From assembly GCA_964472415.1 (NCBI GenBank), contig CAYYLC010000003.1, positions 2,219 to 66,218 of the forward strand: DNA of 64,000 nt, written 5' to 3'. How positions within the stretch are numbered: the first letter of the stretch is position 1; the number at the start of each line of letters is the position of its first letter. The position numbers were made by a program, and so were the translations under genes. Below, one piece after another: positions 27,577 through 37,228 of the stretch. A model generated the notes under the pieces. It was not told where the DNA came from. It searched no databases and saw only the letters and a list, made by a program, of their open reading frames with translations. This stretch comes from an uncultured Gammaproteobacteria bacterium. Its GTDB lineage: Bacteria > Patescibacteriota > Microgenomatia > Levybacterales > GWA1-39-11.

Positions 27577-28711
27577 TTTTATCGTCACCGCTTCTCGGAT
27601 TTCCGCGACCATCAAGATTTGAAGTGGTGATATATAACATGTTATCAGGGCCTATAATTACCTCACGAATTCTTCCAAATTGATCTGAAAAATATCTTGA
27701 AAGCACATACTCATCACCGCTTTTTTTAATTGTATAAAGTGTACTTCCTCTGAGTCCACCAAAATAGAAGGTTCCATCTTTATACGCGAGCCCTGCAGGT
27801 GCCCAAGTGTCATTCGCACCGGAATTAAGGATTGGTGTAATCATTCCCTCTTGTGTTTTATTTCCTTCTATTTCTGGCCATCCATAATTATTTCCCAGTT
27901 CGATTTTATTGAACTCATCAAGTCCGGAGAGTGCGCCAGATCTCCCGTGTTCTGTTGCAAACAATTCTCCGCTATCATTCCAGGTAATTCCTTGAGGATT
28001 TCTATGGCCATAAGAATATACGAGATTTCCAAATGGATTATCATTTGCAGCATTCCCATTTCGATCAACTCTGAGAATTTTCCCTGCAAGAGAATTTGTA
28101 TTTTGTGCACGAGAAGGTTCTTGTGCATCACCTGTGGTGATATAGAGATAGTTATCCGGTCCGAACTTTATTCTTCCACCATCGTGATTTGACGCACCGG
28201 GGATATTATCAACAAGAACTGTTTCGTGAGAAAGAGCATTGTTTTGGAATGTATAGCGGGAAACTCGATTCGTGGTATTTTCATTGTTTGAACGCGTAGT
28301 GTAGTAAATATAGACATAGTCATTTTCTTCATATTCGGGGTCGAGTGCAATACCATGAAGGCCACTTTCGCCTGTCTGCACAACAGGGATTTGTGCAATG
28401 GTGCTGACATCTCCATTGTCAATTATTTTTATACTGCCACTCCGTTCTGTGACGAGAATCTTTTTATTTGGTAGGAAAGCAAGAGCCCATGGAACTGAAA
28501 GATTTTCTGCGACTACTGATATTCTGGGAAGATCCTCTATTGGAGATTCCTGAGAAAAATCTACTTTTTCAAGCTTTTCTGTCGGAGGAGTAAGAATGTG
28601 CATTTTTTTGACAAGGAAATAGATGGATAAGAGGAATATTGCGATTAGAATGATGAGTATAATCTTTTTCATAGGTCTAGTGTATACTAAACAGGTGAAG
28701 TTCATCAACAA
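27548..28711 (-). CDS. PQQ-dependent soluble sugar (glucose/sorbosone) dehydrogenase family beta-propeller, signal-anchored
   Basis: PWALAFLPNKKILVTERSGSIKII matches the GSDH/YliI family hallmark (PWGLAFLPDG..LVTER.G). Length about 390 aa. Confidence 0.7.
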   Translation of the reverse strand: MLMNFTCLVYTRPMKKIILIILIAIFLLSIYFLVKKMHILTPPTEKLEKVDFSQESPIEDLPRISVVAENLSVPWALAFLPNKKILVTERSGSIKIIDNGDVSTIAQIPVVQTGESGLHGIALDPEYEENDYVYIYYTTRSNNENTTNRVSRYTFQNNALSHETVLVDNIPGASNHDGGRIKFGPDNYLYITTGDAQEPSRAQNTNSLAGKILRVDRNGNAANDNPFGNLVYSYGHRNPQGITWNDSGELFATEHGRSGALSGLDEFNKIELGNNYGWPEIEGNKTQEGMITPILNSGANDTWAPAGLAYKDGTFYFGGLRGSTLYTIKKSGDEYVLSRYFSDQFGRIREVIIGPDNMLYITTSNLDGRGNPRSGDDKIIRVNPQKL

Positions 28712-28867
28712 ATTCTTTTCGTGGATACGGATTTTTGCGTTTATTTTATTAGGAATTTACGCATTATTGTACTTTATAGCTGCTCTATTTAATTAGTGTA
28801 TTGATTTTATTTTTCTGTTTCAGCTTTTTCTAAAGATAAGAAGGTTGTATGGAAGAAATAGTATTCA

Positions 28868-29821
28868 CTAGATTCTTTCGCACGTTATTTTTGGAAAGAA
28901 GAAAAAGTAGTGCTGCGTATATTCAAGATAGCAGACAGTTCTGCTGAATGGGAAGAATCCAAGAAATCTTTTCATGGTATAAGGGTTAATAGGTGTAGGG
29001 CTAGGAGGGGTTACAGAGGGGGTGGACGTTGGTGAAGGGTTTTCGGTTGGGGTTATTGTTGGTGTGCTGGTGGGAGTAGAAGTCGGTTGACTTGTTGTCG
29101 TTGGTACTATCGTCATAGTTGGGCTAGTAGTGGGTGTAGGCGTTTCTGTAGGGTTTGTAGGAGTTGAGCTTTCAGGATTTTCTGGGGTACTATTCGTATT
29201 TTGTGGATTTGATAGAGTGGGAGAAGAGTGTCTTACAAAGTCGTTTGCGTTGTTATCTGTGTCTTCTCCATTTCCAAGGTTATTATCTGTTCCAGATGGC
29301 GCCATGCTTTCTGAAGTAGATGTGTCGTGCGCTTTTCGTTCAATACTTCTATTTGAAATAGGGAGAGAGACTGTAACCTCTTCTCTTGTACTTGCTTCTC
29401 CGAATCCTACCAAATCAATAGTATTATTATTTTCATCTCTGAGAATTATGGAATTATTATCAGCGATATTTTGGTCAGTGTACGTGATGTCCGGTGTAGT
29501 CGTGTCGTCATAGTTTTCATGAGCGATCAGCATAAATCCATGTGGTTGAATAGTTCCGCTAAGGGTTGCGATAAGCTGCTCTTCAGCATCTATTGATTGA
29601 GTCTTTCTCATTACTTTCCATCCGGAAAGATCCATTTCATTTGTTGTGGGATTGTAGAGTTCTACAAATTCATCAGTGGTGGTGCTCCCTGCTGCTTGAA
29701 TTTCAGAGATCACAACATGGTTCGCAATAGCATAAGCGATATTTGGTGAAGTCGACTGAATGGAGGATATAATTAAAAGAATTATAAGAGGAGCGAGAGT
29801 AACACTGATTATTTTCCTCAT
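28868..29821 (-). CDS. secreted lamin-tail-domain (LTD) protein with T/P-rich tail
   Basis: Signal peptide. HVVISEIQAAGSTTTDEFVELYNPTTNEMDLSGWKV matches the LTD consensus. T/P/S-rich C-terminal region. Confidence 0.6.
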   Translation of the reverse strand: MRKIISVTLAPLIILLIISSIQSTSPNIAYAIANHVVISEIQAAGSTTTDEFVELYNPTTNEMDLSGWKVMRKTQSIDAEEQLIATLSGTIQPHGFMLIAHENYDDTTTPDITYTDQNIADNNSIILRDENNNTIDLVGFGEASTREEVTVSLPISNRSIERKAHDTSTSESMAPSGTDNNLGNGEDTDNNANDFVRHSSPTLSNPQNTNSTPENPESSTPTNPTETPTPTTSPTMTIVPTTTSQPTSTPTSTPTITPTENPSPTSTPSVTPPSPTPINPYTMKRFLGFFPFSRTVCYLEYTQHYFFFFPKITCERI

Positions 29822-30054
29822 ATAAATTACTATAAGAACAGACAGAAAAGCTTGTCAATAGAAAAAAATATATCAATATGTACCAATTTTTTACAAACAC
29901 TTGACATATTTTTCGTTAAAGTTCATTATTAATGCAGATCTATGATTGGAAAGACTCTGTGTAGTTCAGAATTATTTCTCAAATACTTCAGGCAGCAGAT
30001 CAATATTTTAAAGTATAGTTTTCTTCATTAGTAAATCTTCTATCTTGCATTTTT

Positions 30055-30474
30055 GTGGCTTCCAACTATAATCTTTCTATGGCAGTTGAGGCAGGATTTT
30101 TTCAATATGAAGGAGAGAAGCAGCATATAGTGGCTGATCTTTATATAGAGGCAGGTGATATAAAAATTTTAGGATACGAGGGCGAAGTAGATTTGATGAT
30201 CATTTCATCAATCGATAATCAGCATGGAGGTGTTTTTGTTAAGCCGAATAATCAATTCGAAATTAAAAAAATTATTCATGAAGAAAAGGAGTCTGTAACT
30301 CAAGATGCTAACTTTGACTGCTTAATTTTATTAGAAGAGGGACAGGAAGTAGAAATTAAAACAAAAGAAGAGCCTGTTAGGGGTATGGCATTATGGGTGT
30401 CAGCAGATGAAGGAGATGACGATGGTGAATACGAAAAACCACCACTAATTCCTGAATGGTCGCGTACTCGATAA
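30055..30474 (+). CDS. hypothetical acidic protein
   Basis: ORF only. Confidence 0.35.
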   Translation: MASNYNLSMAVEAGFFQYEGEKQHIVADLYIEAGDIKILGYEGEVDLMIISSIDNQHGGVFVKPNNQFEIKKIIHEEKESVTQDANFDCLILLEEGQEVEIKTKEEPVRGMALWVSADEGDDDGEYEKPPLIPEWSRTR

Positions 30475-30498
30475 TATCATTCATGTATAATCTTTTGT

Positions 30499-31266
30499 AT
30501 GTCCCAGTATTACAATCCTACAAGAAAACGCAATCGTTATAACCCTCACTCAAATGAACCATTTCGCCTCAGTCGTAGCAAGATAGACTTATTCGTGCAG
30601 TGCCCTCGTTGTTTTTATCTTGATCGGAGGCTTGGAGTGGGACAGCCGCCAGGGTATCCATTTAGCCTTAATTCTGCAGTTGATGCGCTTTTGAAAAAAG
30701 AATTTGACGTACATCGGGCACAAGGGACGCCGCATCCATTGATGCGTGAGTATGGGGTGGATGCAGTCCCGTTCAAGCATGAGCGCATGGATGAGTGGCG
30801 AGATTCATTGCGGCGAGGAATAACAGTTCCGATCAATGGAACGAAAGTAATAGTCACTGGTGGCGTTGATGATGTATGGAAAAATTCAAATGGAGAATTG
30901 ATAATAGTTGATTATAAGGCAACTTCCAAGAGTGGTGAAGTGACACTTGAAGCAGAGTGGCAGAACGGATATAAACGGCAAATGGAGATATATCAGTGGT
31001 TATTTCGAAGAAACGGATTTATTGTTTCTGATACTGGATATTTCGTGTATTGTAATGGAGATTCGGACAAGGAGGCATTTGATGCGCGGCTTGAGTTTCG
31101 AATATCACTTCTTCCTTATACTGGAAATGATTCCTGGATAGAAGGGACTGTTCAAGATGCAATTTCTTGCCTTGAAAAGGAGGCTATTCCTGCATCAGGG
31201 ACTGATTGTGATTTTTGCAAATACAGAGCAGCTGCAAGAAGCGTTGAGCGAGAGAGTTTATTTTAG
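30499..31266 (+). CDS. PD-(D/E)XK nuclease family protein with putative Fe-S Cys cluster (Cas4/RecB-nuclease-like)
   Basis: D...IIVDYKAT (the D/ExK motif). N-terminal CPRC plus C-terminal C-x12-C-x2-C, as in Cas4/AddB nuclease domains. No CRISPR or cas neighbours. Confidence 0.55.
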   Translation: MSQYYNPTRKRNRYNPHSNEPFRLSRSKIDLFVQCPRCFYLDRRLGVGQPPGYPFSLNSAVDALLKKEFDVHRAQGTPHPLMREYGVDAVPFKHERMDEWRDSLRRGITVPINGTKVIVTGGVDDVWKNSNGELIIVDYKATSKSGEVTLEAEWQNGYKRQMEIYQWLFRRNGFIVSDTGYFVYCNGDSDKEAFDARLEFRISLLPYTGNDSWIEGTVQDAISCLEKEAIPASGTDCDFCKYRAAARSVERESLF

Positions 31267-32474
31267 ACAAAAGTGAGCGCGACGCCCTTTTTATTCGCGC
31301 GGCCTGTTCTTCCGATTCTGTGAATATAATCTTCGTAGGTTGCCGGCATATCATAGTTTATTACATGGCTCACATTATCAATATCAAGTCCTCGAGATGC
31401 GACGTCTGTTGCGAGAAGAATGTTAATAACATTGTGTTTAAATTCTTTTAATGTACGCTGGCGCTGATTTTGGGATTTATTTCCATGGATTGCGCCTGCT
31501 TTGAATCCTCGATAGACGAGTTCATTTGAGAGTTTTTGAATCCCGTGTTTTGTCCGGCCAAAAATTATAACCTTCTCAAATTCACTTTTTATGAGTACTT
31601 CGTGTAGCTGTTCAATTTTTTTGTTTTGGGTTATTGTTTTTATTACTTTCTGGTTGATATTGTGGGTTGTTTCACTTTTTTTCACAGAGATTGTTATAGG
31701 GTTTTTAACAAATTGATTGATAATTTCTTGAACCTTTCTATCGATTGTTGCAGAGAAAAATAATGATTGTCGTTTCTCGGGTAGAAGAGAGATAATGAAT
31801 TTAATATCCTGAATAAATCCGATGTCCACCATGTGATCTGCTTCGTCCAGAACAATATTTCGGAATTGTGACAGGTTCAGATTATTGCTTTTAATAAGAT
31901 CTTTAATTCTTCCTGGGGTTCCGACGACAAAATTAAATGGTTGCTTGAGTGCTCTTTTTTGATGAAATGCATTCACTCCGCCAATTATGAGTATCGATTG
32001 TGTATTCATGCTTCTGGAGAATGCTATAAATTCTTCTTGGATTTGGATAGCAAGTTCACGAGTGGGGGTTACTATGAGGACTTTTTGAGTTCTATCCTGG
32101 AGAACTTTATGAATAAGCGGGATAAGAAATGCTGCTGTTTTTCCAGTCCCTGTGTTCGCAATTCCGATAATATCTTTCCCTTCCAGAATGTGGGGGATTG
32201 ATTCATCTTGGATAGGGCTTGGGGATGTATATCCTTTTTGTACAATATTACGCTTTAAGTCTTCATCAACCTGGAAATCAGAAAATTTGTGTTTCGGGAT
32301 AAACTTTTCCTCTCTTGTCTGTGAGGGGAGCGTGTTGTTGATGATGTCTTTTGGGTTGAATGTTCCCACAGGACCTCTCTTTTTACCGCCTTGAAAAGAT
32401 CGATTTTTTTGCGGCTTAGATTTGAATTTTTTTCCACGATGTGAGTTTCGCGGGAAGGAGGATTGGGAATACAT
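31263..32474 (-). CDS. DEAD-box ATP-dependent RNA helicase
   Basis: Q motif, Walker A ANTGTGKTAAF, DEAD box VLDEADHM, and SAT, HRIGRTGR-like motifs. Confidence 0.9.
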   Translation of the reverse strand: MYSQSSFPRNSHRGKKFKSKPQKNRSFQGGKKRGPVGTFNPKDIINNTLPSQTREEKFIPKHKFSDFQVDEDLKRNIVQKGYTSPSPIQDESIPHILEGKDIIGIANTGTGKTAAFLIPLIHKVLQDRTQKVLIVTPTRELAIQIQEEFIAFSRSMNTQSILIIGGVNAFHQKRALKQPFNFVVGTPGRIKDLIKSNNLNLSQFRNIVLDEADHMVDIGFIQDIKFIISLLPEKRQSLFFSATIDRKVQEIINQFVKNPITISVKKSETTHNINQKVIKTITQNKKIEQLHEVLIKSEFEKVIIFGRTKHGIQKLSNELVYRGFKAGAIHGNKSQNQRQRTLKEFKHNVINILLATDVASRGLDIDNVSHVINYDMPATYEDYIHRIGRTGRANKKGVALTFV

Positions 32475-32484
32475 GAATAATATT

Positions 32485-32775
32485 TTATCTTAACTGTTTC
32501 TTTTTTTCTGATGCTGCAGTTCCAGGTGCTGATTGCTTCTCTGCATTTTTTTTACTTGCATACGCTTCATTTCTCATTTTTAATGCTTCTCGTTTTCTGA
32601 TTTCTTCGGCAGTCTTTTTCTCAAAGTCCCTTTCGCACTGATCATCTGTGCAGGCGAGTTGTGTGTGGGTGAGTTTGCTTTCTCCAGCACGAGTTTCTAT
32701 GACCTCAATCCAGGTTTTTACCACTTTTGTAGGTTTCCCGCATCGAGAACATGTAGAAATACTATCTTTTTTCAT
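32485..32775 (-). CDS. small basic Zn-ribbon-like protein
   Basis: CSRCGKP...C..C arrangement and a Lys/Glu-rich tail. Immediately upstream of the helicase. Confidence 0.4.
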   Translation of the reverse strand: MKKDSISTCSRCGKPTKVVKTWIEVIETRAGESKLTHTQLACTDDQCERDFEKKTAEEIRKREALKMRNEAYASKKNAEKQSAPGTAASEKKKQLR

Positions 32776-33001
32776 AGGTTATATATAGGTGAGAGTTCGG
32801 CGAGAAAGAATATGCAATAAATATCTTCTATCATTCAGCACTCTTAAAACTTATAGTTCCTATTATAGCACATCTAGGGAGAAATAGAAAGTCACTATAG
32901 GATTTTCGAGTAAGAGTATTGGCTATTTCAAAATCAACGTACAATGTACAAAGAATTCGCTTCTTTCCAAGATCTGATATACTATTTCTATTCCAGATTC
33001 T

Positions 33002-33616
33002 ATGCAAAGATTGCAGAATGTAATGCATAAGTCATTTTTCGCTTTGGGAGATCGCCTTGCGTTCCTTTTGGTAATTATTGTCTTTTGCTCTCTTTTTTTC
33101 CTCGAATCTGTTCATCCAGCATTTTCGCAGGAAGAAGATGTGCAAACTGGTTATTCTAAGAATGGATTAACGTATGATTTGTATTTAAATATTTCGTATT
33201 CTGAGGAGAAGTATCCTGAAATTAAAATCGAAAAACACCAGTATTTTGAAGAAAGAGTAATTGAGCATTTCAAATTTTCAGAGTCCAGTGTGGAGTCGGA
33301 ATTGCAACAAGAGACTGATATTGTTGTTGAGGTGGAGGATTCTGATCAGGTGCAAACTTTTTTATCTCAGGAGCCTGTAGGGGATGAAGTATGGGAGGAG
33401 TTGGCTCAGTGTGAGTCAGGGGGAAATTGGAGTATCAATACGGGAAATGGATATTATGGTGGATTGCAGTTTTCTGAAGGTGCATGGGGTTCGGTAGGCG
33501 GAGTAGGGCTTCCTTCTGAGGCATCACGAGAGGAGCAGATAGAACGTGGGAAGAAGCTTCAGGCAGTGCGTGGTTGGGGGGCATGGGGAGCATGTGCAAA
33601 GCGCCTTGGCCTCTAG
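33002..33616 (+). CDS. resuscitation-promoting-factor-like transglycosylase domain protein
   Basis: AQCESGGNWSINTGNGYYGGLQFSEGAW matches the Rpf/transglycosylase-like domain signature. N-terminal signal-anchor. Confidence 0.65.
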   Translation: MQRLQNVMHKSFFALGDRLAFLLVIIVFCSLFFLESVHPAFSQEEDVQTGYSKNGLTYDLYLNISYSEEKYPEIKIEKHQYFEERVIEHFKFSESSVESELQQETDIVVEVEDSDQVQTFLSQEPVGDEVWEELAQCESGGNWSINTGNGYYGGLQFSEGAWGSVGGVGLPSEASREEQIERGKKLQAVRGWGAWGACAKRLGL

Positions 33617-33623
33617 GATACGT

Positions 33624-33983
33624 ATGAAAACAAATTTTGAAAAAGATCTGAGAGTTGCAGGTTTTCTTGCAGATTTGTCTGATACGAAATTTCAAGTTGC
33701 AGGTTTTCGATTCGGAATAGACCCTCTTATCGGCGTTGTTCCGATAATAGGAGACTTGCTGGGAGTTGTTTTATCATTATATATTTATGCACTTGGGCAT
33801 AAAATGAGAGTTTCTTCGTGGCATAAATTTGTGATGCTTGTGAATATTATGATCGATCTGATTATCGGGTCAATTCCTATGGTAGGAGATGTATTTGATT
33901 TCTTTTATAAAGCAAATCAAAAAAACTATAAAATTCTTGCCTCGTATAGAAAAGAGGATGTTGAGAAGAAAAATAATCCATAA
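33624..33983 (+). CDS. DUF4112-like membrane protein
   Basis: FGIDPLIGVVPIIGDLLG matches the DUF4112 core. Start set at the internal Met after the stop of the preceding gene; ORF track had 33546..33983. Confidence 0.5.
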   Translation: MKTNFEKDLRVAGFLADLSDTKFQVAGFRFGIDPLIGVVPIIGDLLGVVLSLYIYALGHKMRVSSWHKFVMLVNIMIDLIIGSIPMVGDVFDFFYKANQKNYKILASYRKEDVEKKNNP

Positions 33984-34197
33984 GCATTGATTTCATGAGG
34001 CAAATTATTTCTTCTTAGATGCGTATTCTTCATTCCGAGAGTAGAGTATTTAGGTTTAGATAGCTTTAGGAGGAAACCACGATGCATCGACGAGATCTCC
34101 AGAGGATTCAAGGTATATATCCAAAAAATTGAACTGGATTTTTTTGAGAAGACTAGCAGATAAATATTCTGAGAAATAACTTTGGTATAATTGGAAG

Positions 34198-34917
34198 ATG
34201 GATAGATTGGTATTTTTAGATACAGAAACTACTGGGAACGACGTTTATTTTGATCGTCTTTTTGAGGTAGCTTATAAATTTCGAGAAAAAACATACTCTG
34301 GATATTTCAAACCTCCAATTCCGATCTCTGTAAAATCATCAAGCATTACTCATGTGACAAATGAGATGGTAGAAGGCAAAATTCCTTTCATGGAATCCCA
34401 AATGAGAACAGATTTAATGGAGATTTTGAAGGATAATATTCTTGTTGCACACAGTGCTGCATTTGATATCGAAGCGCTCGCGAAGGAGGATGTGAAGGTC
34501 TCAAATTTTATCTGTACGTTGAAAGTTGCGCGATATCTTGATACAGAATCTGAAATTCCAGAATACGGATTACAGTATTTGCGGTATTTCCACAATCTCA
34601 ATGTCACAGACGCGGGAGCGCATGACGCAAGAAGCGATATAAAAGTTTTGGAGGCAGTATTTAATTTTCTCTTCAATAAAATGAAAGAAAGCGGAAAATC
34701 AGAGGAAGAGATTTTAGATGAGATGATGAGAGTGTCGCAGCAGCCAGTACTTTTTAAGTTTTTTCCATTTGGAAAACACAGAGGAAAAAAACTTGAAGAA
34801 ATCGCAGTCTTTGATAAAGGATATCTTGAGTGGATGCTTGATCAAAAACTGCAAAGCAATAAATCTGAAGAGGATTGGATCTTTACGTTGAAATATTATT
34901 TGCAGATAAACGATTAG
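34198..34917 (+). CDS. DEDDh 3'-5' exonuclease (DnaQ-like) fused to DUF3820-like C-terminal domain
   Basis: Exo I FLDTETTG, Exo II AHSAAFD, Exo III HDARSD. The C-terminal FGKHRGKKLEEI...YLEWM resembles DUF3820. Confidence 0.7.
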   Translation: MDRLVFLDTETTGNDVYFDRLFEVAYKFREKTYSGYFKPPIPISVKSSSITHVTNEMVEGKIPFMESQMRTDLMEILKDNILVAHSAAFDIEALAKEDVKVSNFICTLKVARYLDTESEIPEYGLQYLRYFHNLNVTDAGAHDARSDIKVLEAVFNFLFNKMKESGKSEEEILDEMMRVSQQPVLFKFFPFGKHRGKKLEEIAVFDKGYLEWMLDQKLQSNKSEEDWIFTLKYYLQIND

Positions 34918-36001
34918 AAAGCTTGTTCCTCAGAAGATCGAGAAGTGCCATTTCTTCCCATGATAATCCTGAAATATCAACCTTCTTGTCTCTGTATTCT
35001 CCGAAATACGGAATAAGAGAATTTGTCTCATACGATTTAAAAATAGCAGGGTGGATATAGTAGCTTTTACATACCGCGACCGTATTTCCGAGATACTCTG
35101 AAACAGTCCTGCATGTTTGAGAAAGCGCTTTTTTGAGGTGGGTTTTATTTCTGTACGGACCGATTTTATAGAGATGCGTTGAGGCGATATTACTTCCGCC
35201 CCATGTGCGAAAGTCTTTTGCCGAGAAATCATCATGCGCAATTTCTTTCAAAAAATCATTAACATCCTGAGAATCGATCGCGTGTTTTTTTCCATGATCA
35301 TCGATATATTGGAATAGTTCATATCCCGGGAGTTCAATACATTTTTTGATAATTCTACTAACAGTTGGATGTGTTATTTCGAGCTGGTGTTCGACTCCAG
35401 ACTTGCCGCGGAAGTGGAATCGTACATCATTTCCCCGTATTTGTACGTGCTTATCTCTGAGCGTAGTGAGTCCATAGGAATTATTTTCTCGAGAATATTC
35501 TTCATTTCCAATTCGAATAAATGTGTGCTCAAGGAGCCAGACGATAGTTGCAAGTATCTTTCGTTTATCCATTCCGGAAAGCTTGAGGTCATAGCTAATT
35601 CTTCTCCGAATTTTAGGGAGCGCTAAAGCAAAATCAGTCATCTTTGAAAATTTATTTTCTTGCGCAAGCTTTTTCCAGTCTTCGTGATAAATATATTGCT
35701 TTCGCTTCTTTTCATCGAATCCTGTTACCTGGAGGTGTGTGTTTGCAAGAGGCGATATCCATACCTTTTGCCATGCCGGAGGGATAGTAAGATGTTTAAT
35801 TCTATCGAGTTCCGCTTTTTCCGTTATTTTTCTTCCTTGAGAATCATAGTAAGAAAATTTATCATCTAATTTCTGTCGGAAAAATCCTGGGACTGTATCG
35901 CGAATATAGCGGAGTGATTCCTTTTTGAGGCTTTGCTCAATTTGAGGACTCAGTATATTCATGGAGTAATTAAGCTTACCGAAAAATTGGAAACAGTACA
36001 A
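34883..36001 (-). CDS. type IB DNA topoisomerase (poxvirus/bacterial TopIB type)
   Basis: RIGNEEY, FRGKSG, TWGG and the tyrosine-containing AVCKSYYIHP correspond to the Arg/Lys/Arg/His/Tyr catalytic pentad regions of TopIB. The true start may be the internal Met at about 35962. Confidence 0.7.
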   Translation of the reverse strand: MYCFQFFGKLNYSMNILSPQIEQSLKKESLRYIRDTVPGFFRQKLDDKFSYYDSQGRKITEKAELDRIKHLTIPPAWQKVWISPLANTHLQVTGFDEKKRKQYIYHEDWKKLAQENKFSKMTDFALALPKIRRRISYDLKLSGMDKRKILATIVWLLEHTFIRIGNEEYSRENNSYGLTTLRDKHVQIRGNDVRFHFRGKSGVEHQLEITHPTVSRIIKKCIELPGYELFQYIDDHGKKHAIDSQDVNDFLKEIAHDDFSAKDFRTWGGSNIASTHLYKIGPYRNKTHLKKALSQTCRTVSEYLGNTVAVCKSYYIHPAIFKSYETNSLIPYFGEYRDKKVDISGLSWEEMALLDLLRNKLSNRLSANNIST

Positions 36002-36022
36002 TATATATGATACGGTAAATAT

Positions 36023-36601
36023 ATGCAGATAGCTGAGAAACGGAGGACATATTTTCGTTCATTTGAGGCGAAGTCTCTGCGGACTCGATCACTCTTAACA
36101 CAGCTTTCTGACAAACTCACCGAAATCTGTGGCTCTACTACGTTTCTGATCTTTCATATTATCTGGTTTAGTGTGTGGCTTATGATAAATACGGGGAACA
36201 TTCCGTGGATTAGTCCGTTTGATCCGTTTCCTTTTGGATTTCTTACGCTTGTGGTATCACTAGAGGCGATATTCCTCTCGCTTTTTATTCTGGTTTCCCA
36301 GCATAGACAGTCATATATCACGACAATTCGTGACGAAGTGCACATGGGAGTGTCTTTAATTATAGAAGAAGAAGTGACAAAAATCCTGGGAGTTCTTGCT
36401 GAGATACGAAAAGAAGTAGGGATCAAAACTCCGGATCCGGAGCTTGAAAAAATGAGTCATAGAATTGATACTGCATATTTAGAGCGAACGATTACGGAGC
36501 AGCTTCGTCGTGCGAATAGACCGCTTGTGGAAAAACTCCTTCAAGATCTATCTCAAACGATAAGCTATCCTCACGGCAAAGAGATTGAGAAGAAAGATTA
36601 G
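36023..36601 (+). CDS. DUF1003 family membrane protein
   Basis: FGFLTLVVSLEAIFLSLFILVSQHRQ matches the DUF1003 core. Confidence 0.55.
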   Translation: MQIAEKRRTYFRSFEAKSLRTRSLLTQLSDKLTEICGSTTFLIFHIIWFSVWLMINTGNIPWISPFDPFPFGFLTLVVSLEAIFLSLFILVSQHRQSYITTIRDEVHMGVSLIIEEEVTKILGVLAEIRKEVGIKTPDPELEKMSHRIDTAYLERTITEQLRRANRPLVEKLLQDLSQTISYPHGKEIEKKD

Positions 36602-37182
36602 TTGCAGAGCTCTTCGCGGCAGACGATTTGCTCATTGCCCTCCAAGCTATCGCAAGCTGCGCATGCAGCATTCGTATCATCGGGTGAGTTCATTTCTTTT
36701 ACCTGCATAGAGTAGTCGATAAATTTTTTATCGAGAGGGATTATGAAGAGATTCTTATCCTTATTCTCTAGATCGCCACATTCGTAATCGACAACAGTAT
36801 TGAGGCTTATTGTATTATTTTCTAAATCATTCTGAAGCTTGGTGATAGAATAGCTTTCATTTGCAATTTTAATACCTTCCGGTGCATCAGGGCTCCAGAT
36901 GTAGGTATATTGAGTATCTCGAATCATGCTACCGGAGGCTCCATCAGAACCTGTAAAGTTTCCTCGCAGACTGCCGTTTATTTTATGGATTGTCCCAGAA
37001 CCCTGAGGAGACGAGAAAGTGCACGTGGTCGAATCTCCACTAAATTCTAATAGTTCAGCAAGTTTTTTTGTTGGGTCTGTTTCTGGAGAAAATGTTTTAG
37101 GTCGTGTGAAGAAATAAGAGGCGCTTGCAAGCAGAATGATTGCGACGACAAGTATAAGAAGTTGTGGCCACTTAAGCTTCAT
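36598..37182 (-). CDS. hypothetical signal-anchored secreted protein
   Basis: N-terminal TM helix. Cys-containing C-terminal region. Confidence 0.4.
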   Translation of the reverse strand: MKLKWPQLLILVVAIILLASASYFFTRPKTFSPETDPTKKLAELLEFSGDSTTCTFSSPQGSGTIHKINGSLRGNFTGSDGASGSMIRDTQYTYIWSPDAPEGIKIANESYSITKLQNDLENNTISLNTVVDYECGDLENKDKNLFIIPLDKKFIDYSMQVKEMNSPDDTNAACAACDSLEGNEQIVCREELCN

Positions 37183-37228
37183 AGTACTATTCTAGCATAT
37201 TCGAAATACCGTATAATACGTATATTCC

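Noticed and set aside
29901-29929. Promoter TTGACA-17-CATTAT in the divergent region before 30055
   Set aside because: It has a perfect -35 but a poor -10, and several alternative spacings are possible. The call is too uncertain to list as a feature.
31263-31330. Bidirectional terminator between the PD-(D/E)XK nuclease and DEAD-box helicase genes (GCGCGA...TCGCGC)
   Set aside because: The 6-bp stem has a 12-nt loop and no clean U-tract on either strand. Too weak to annotate.
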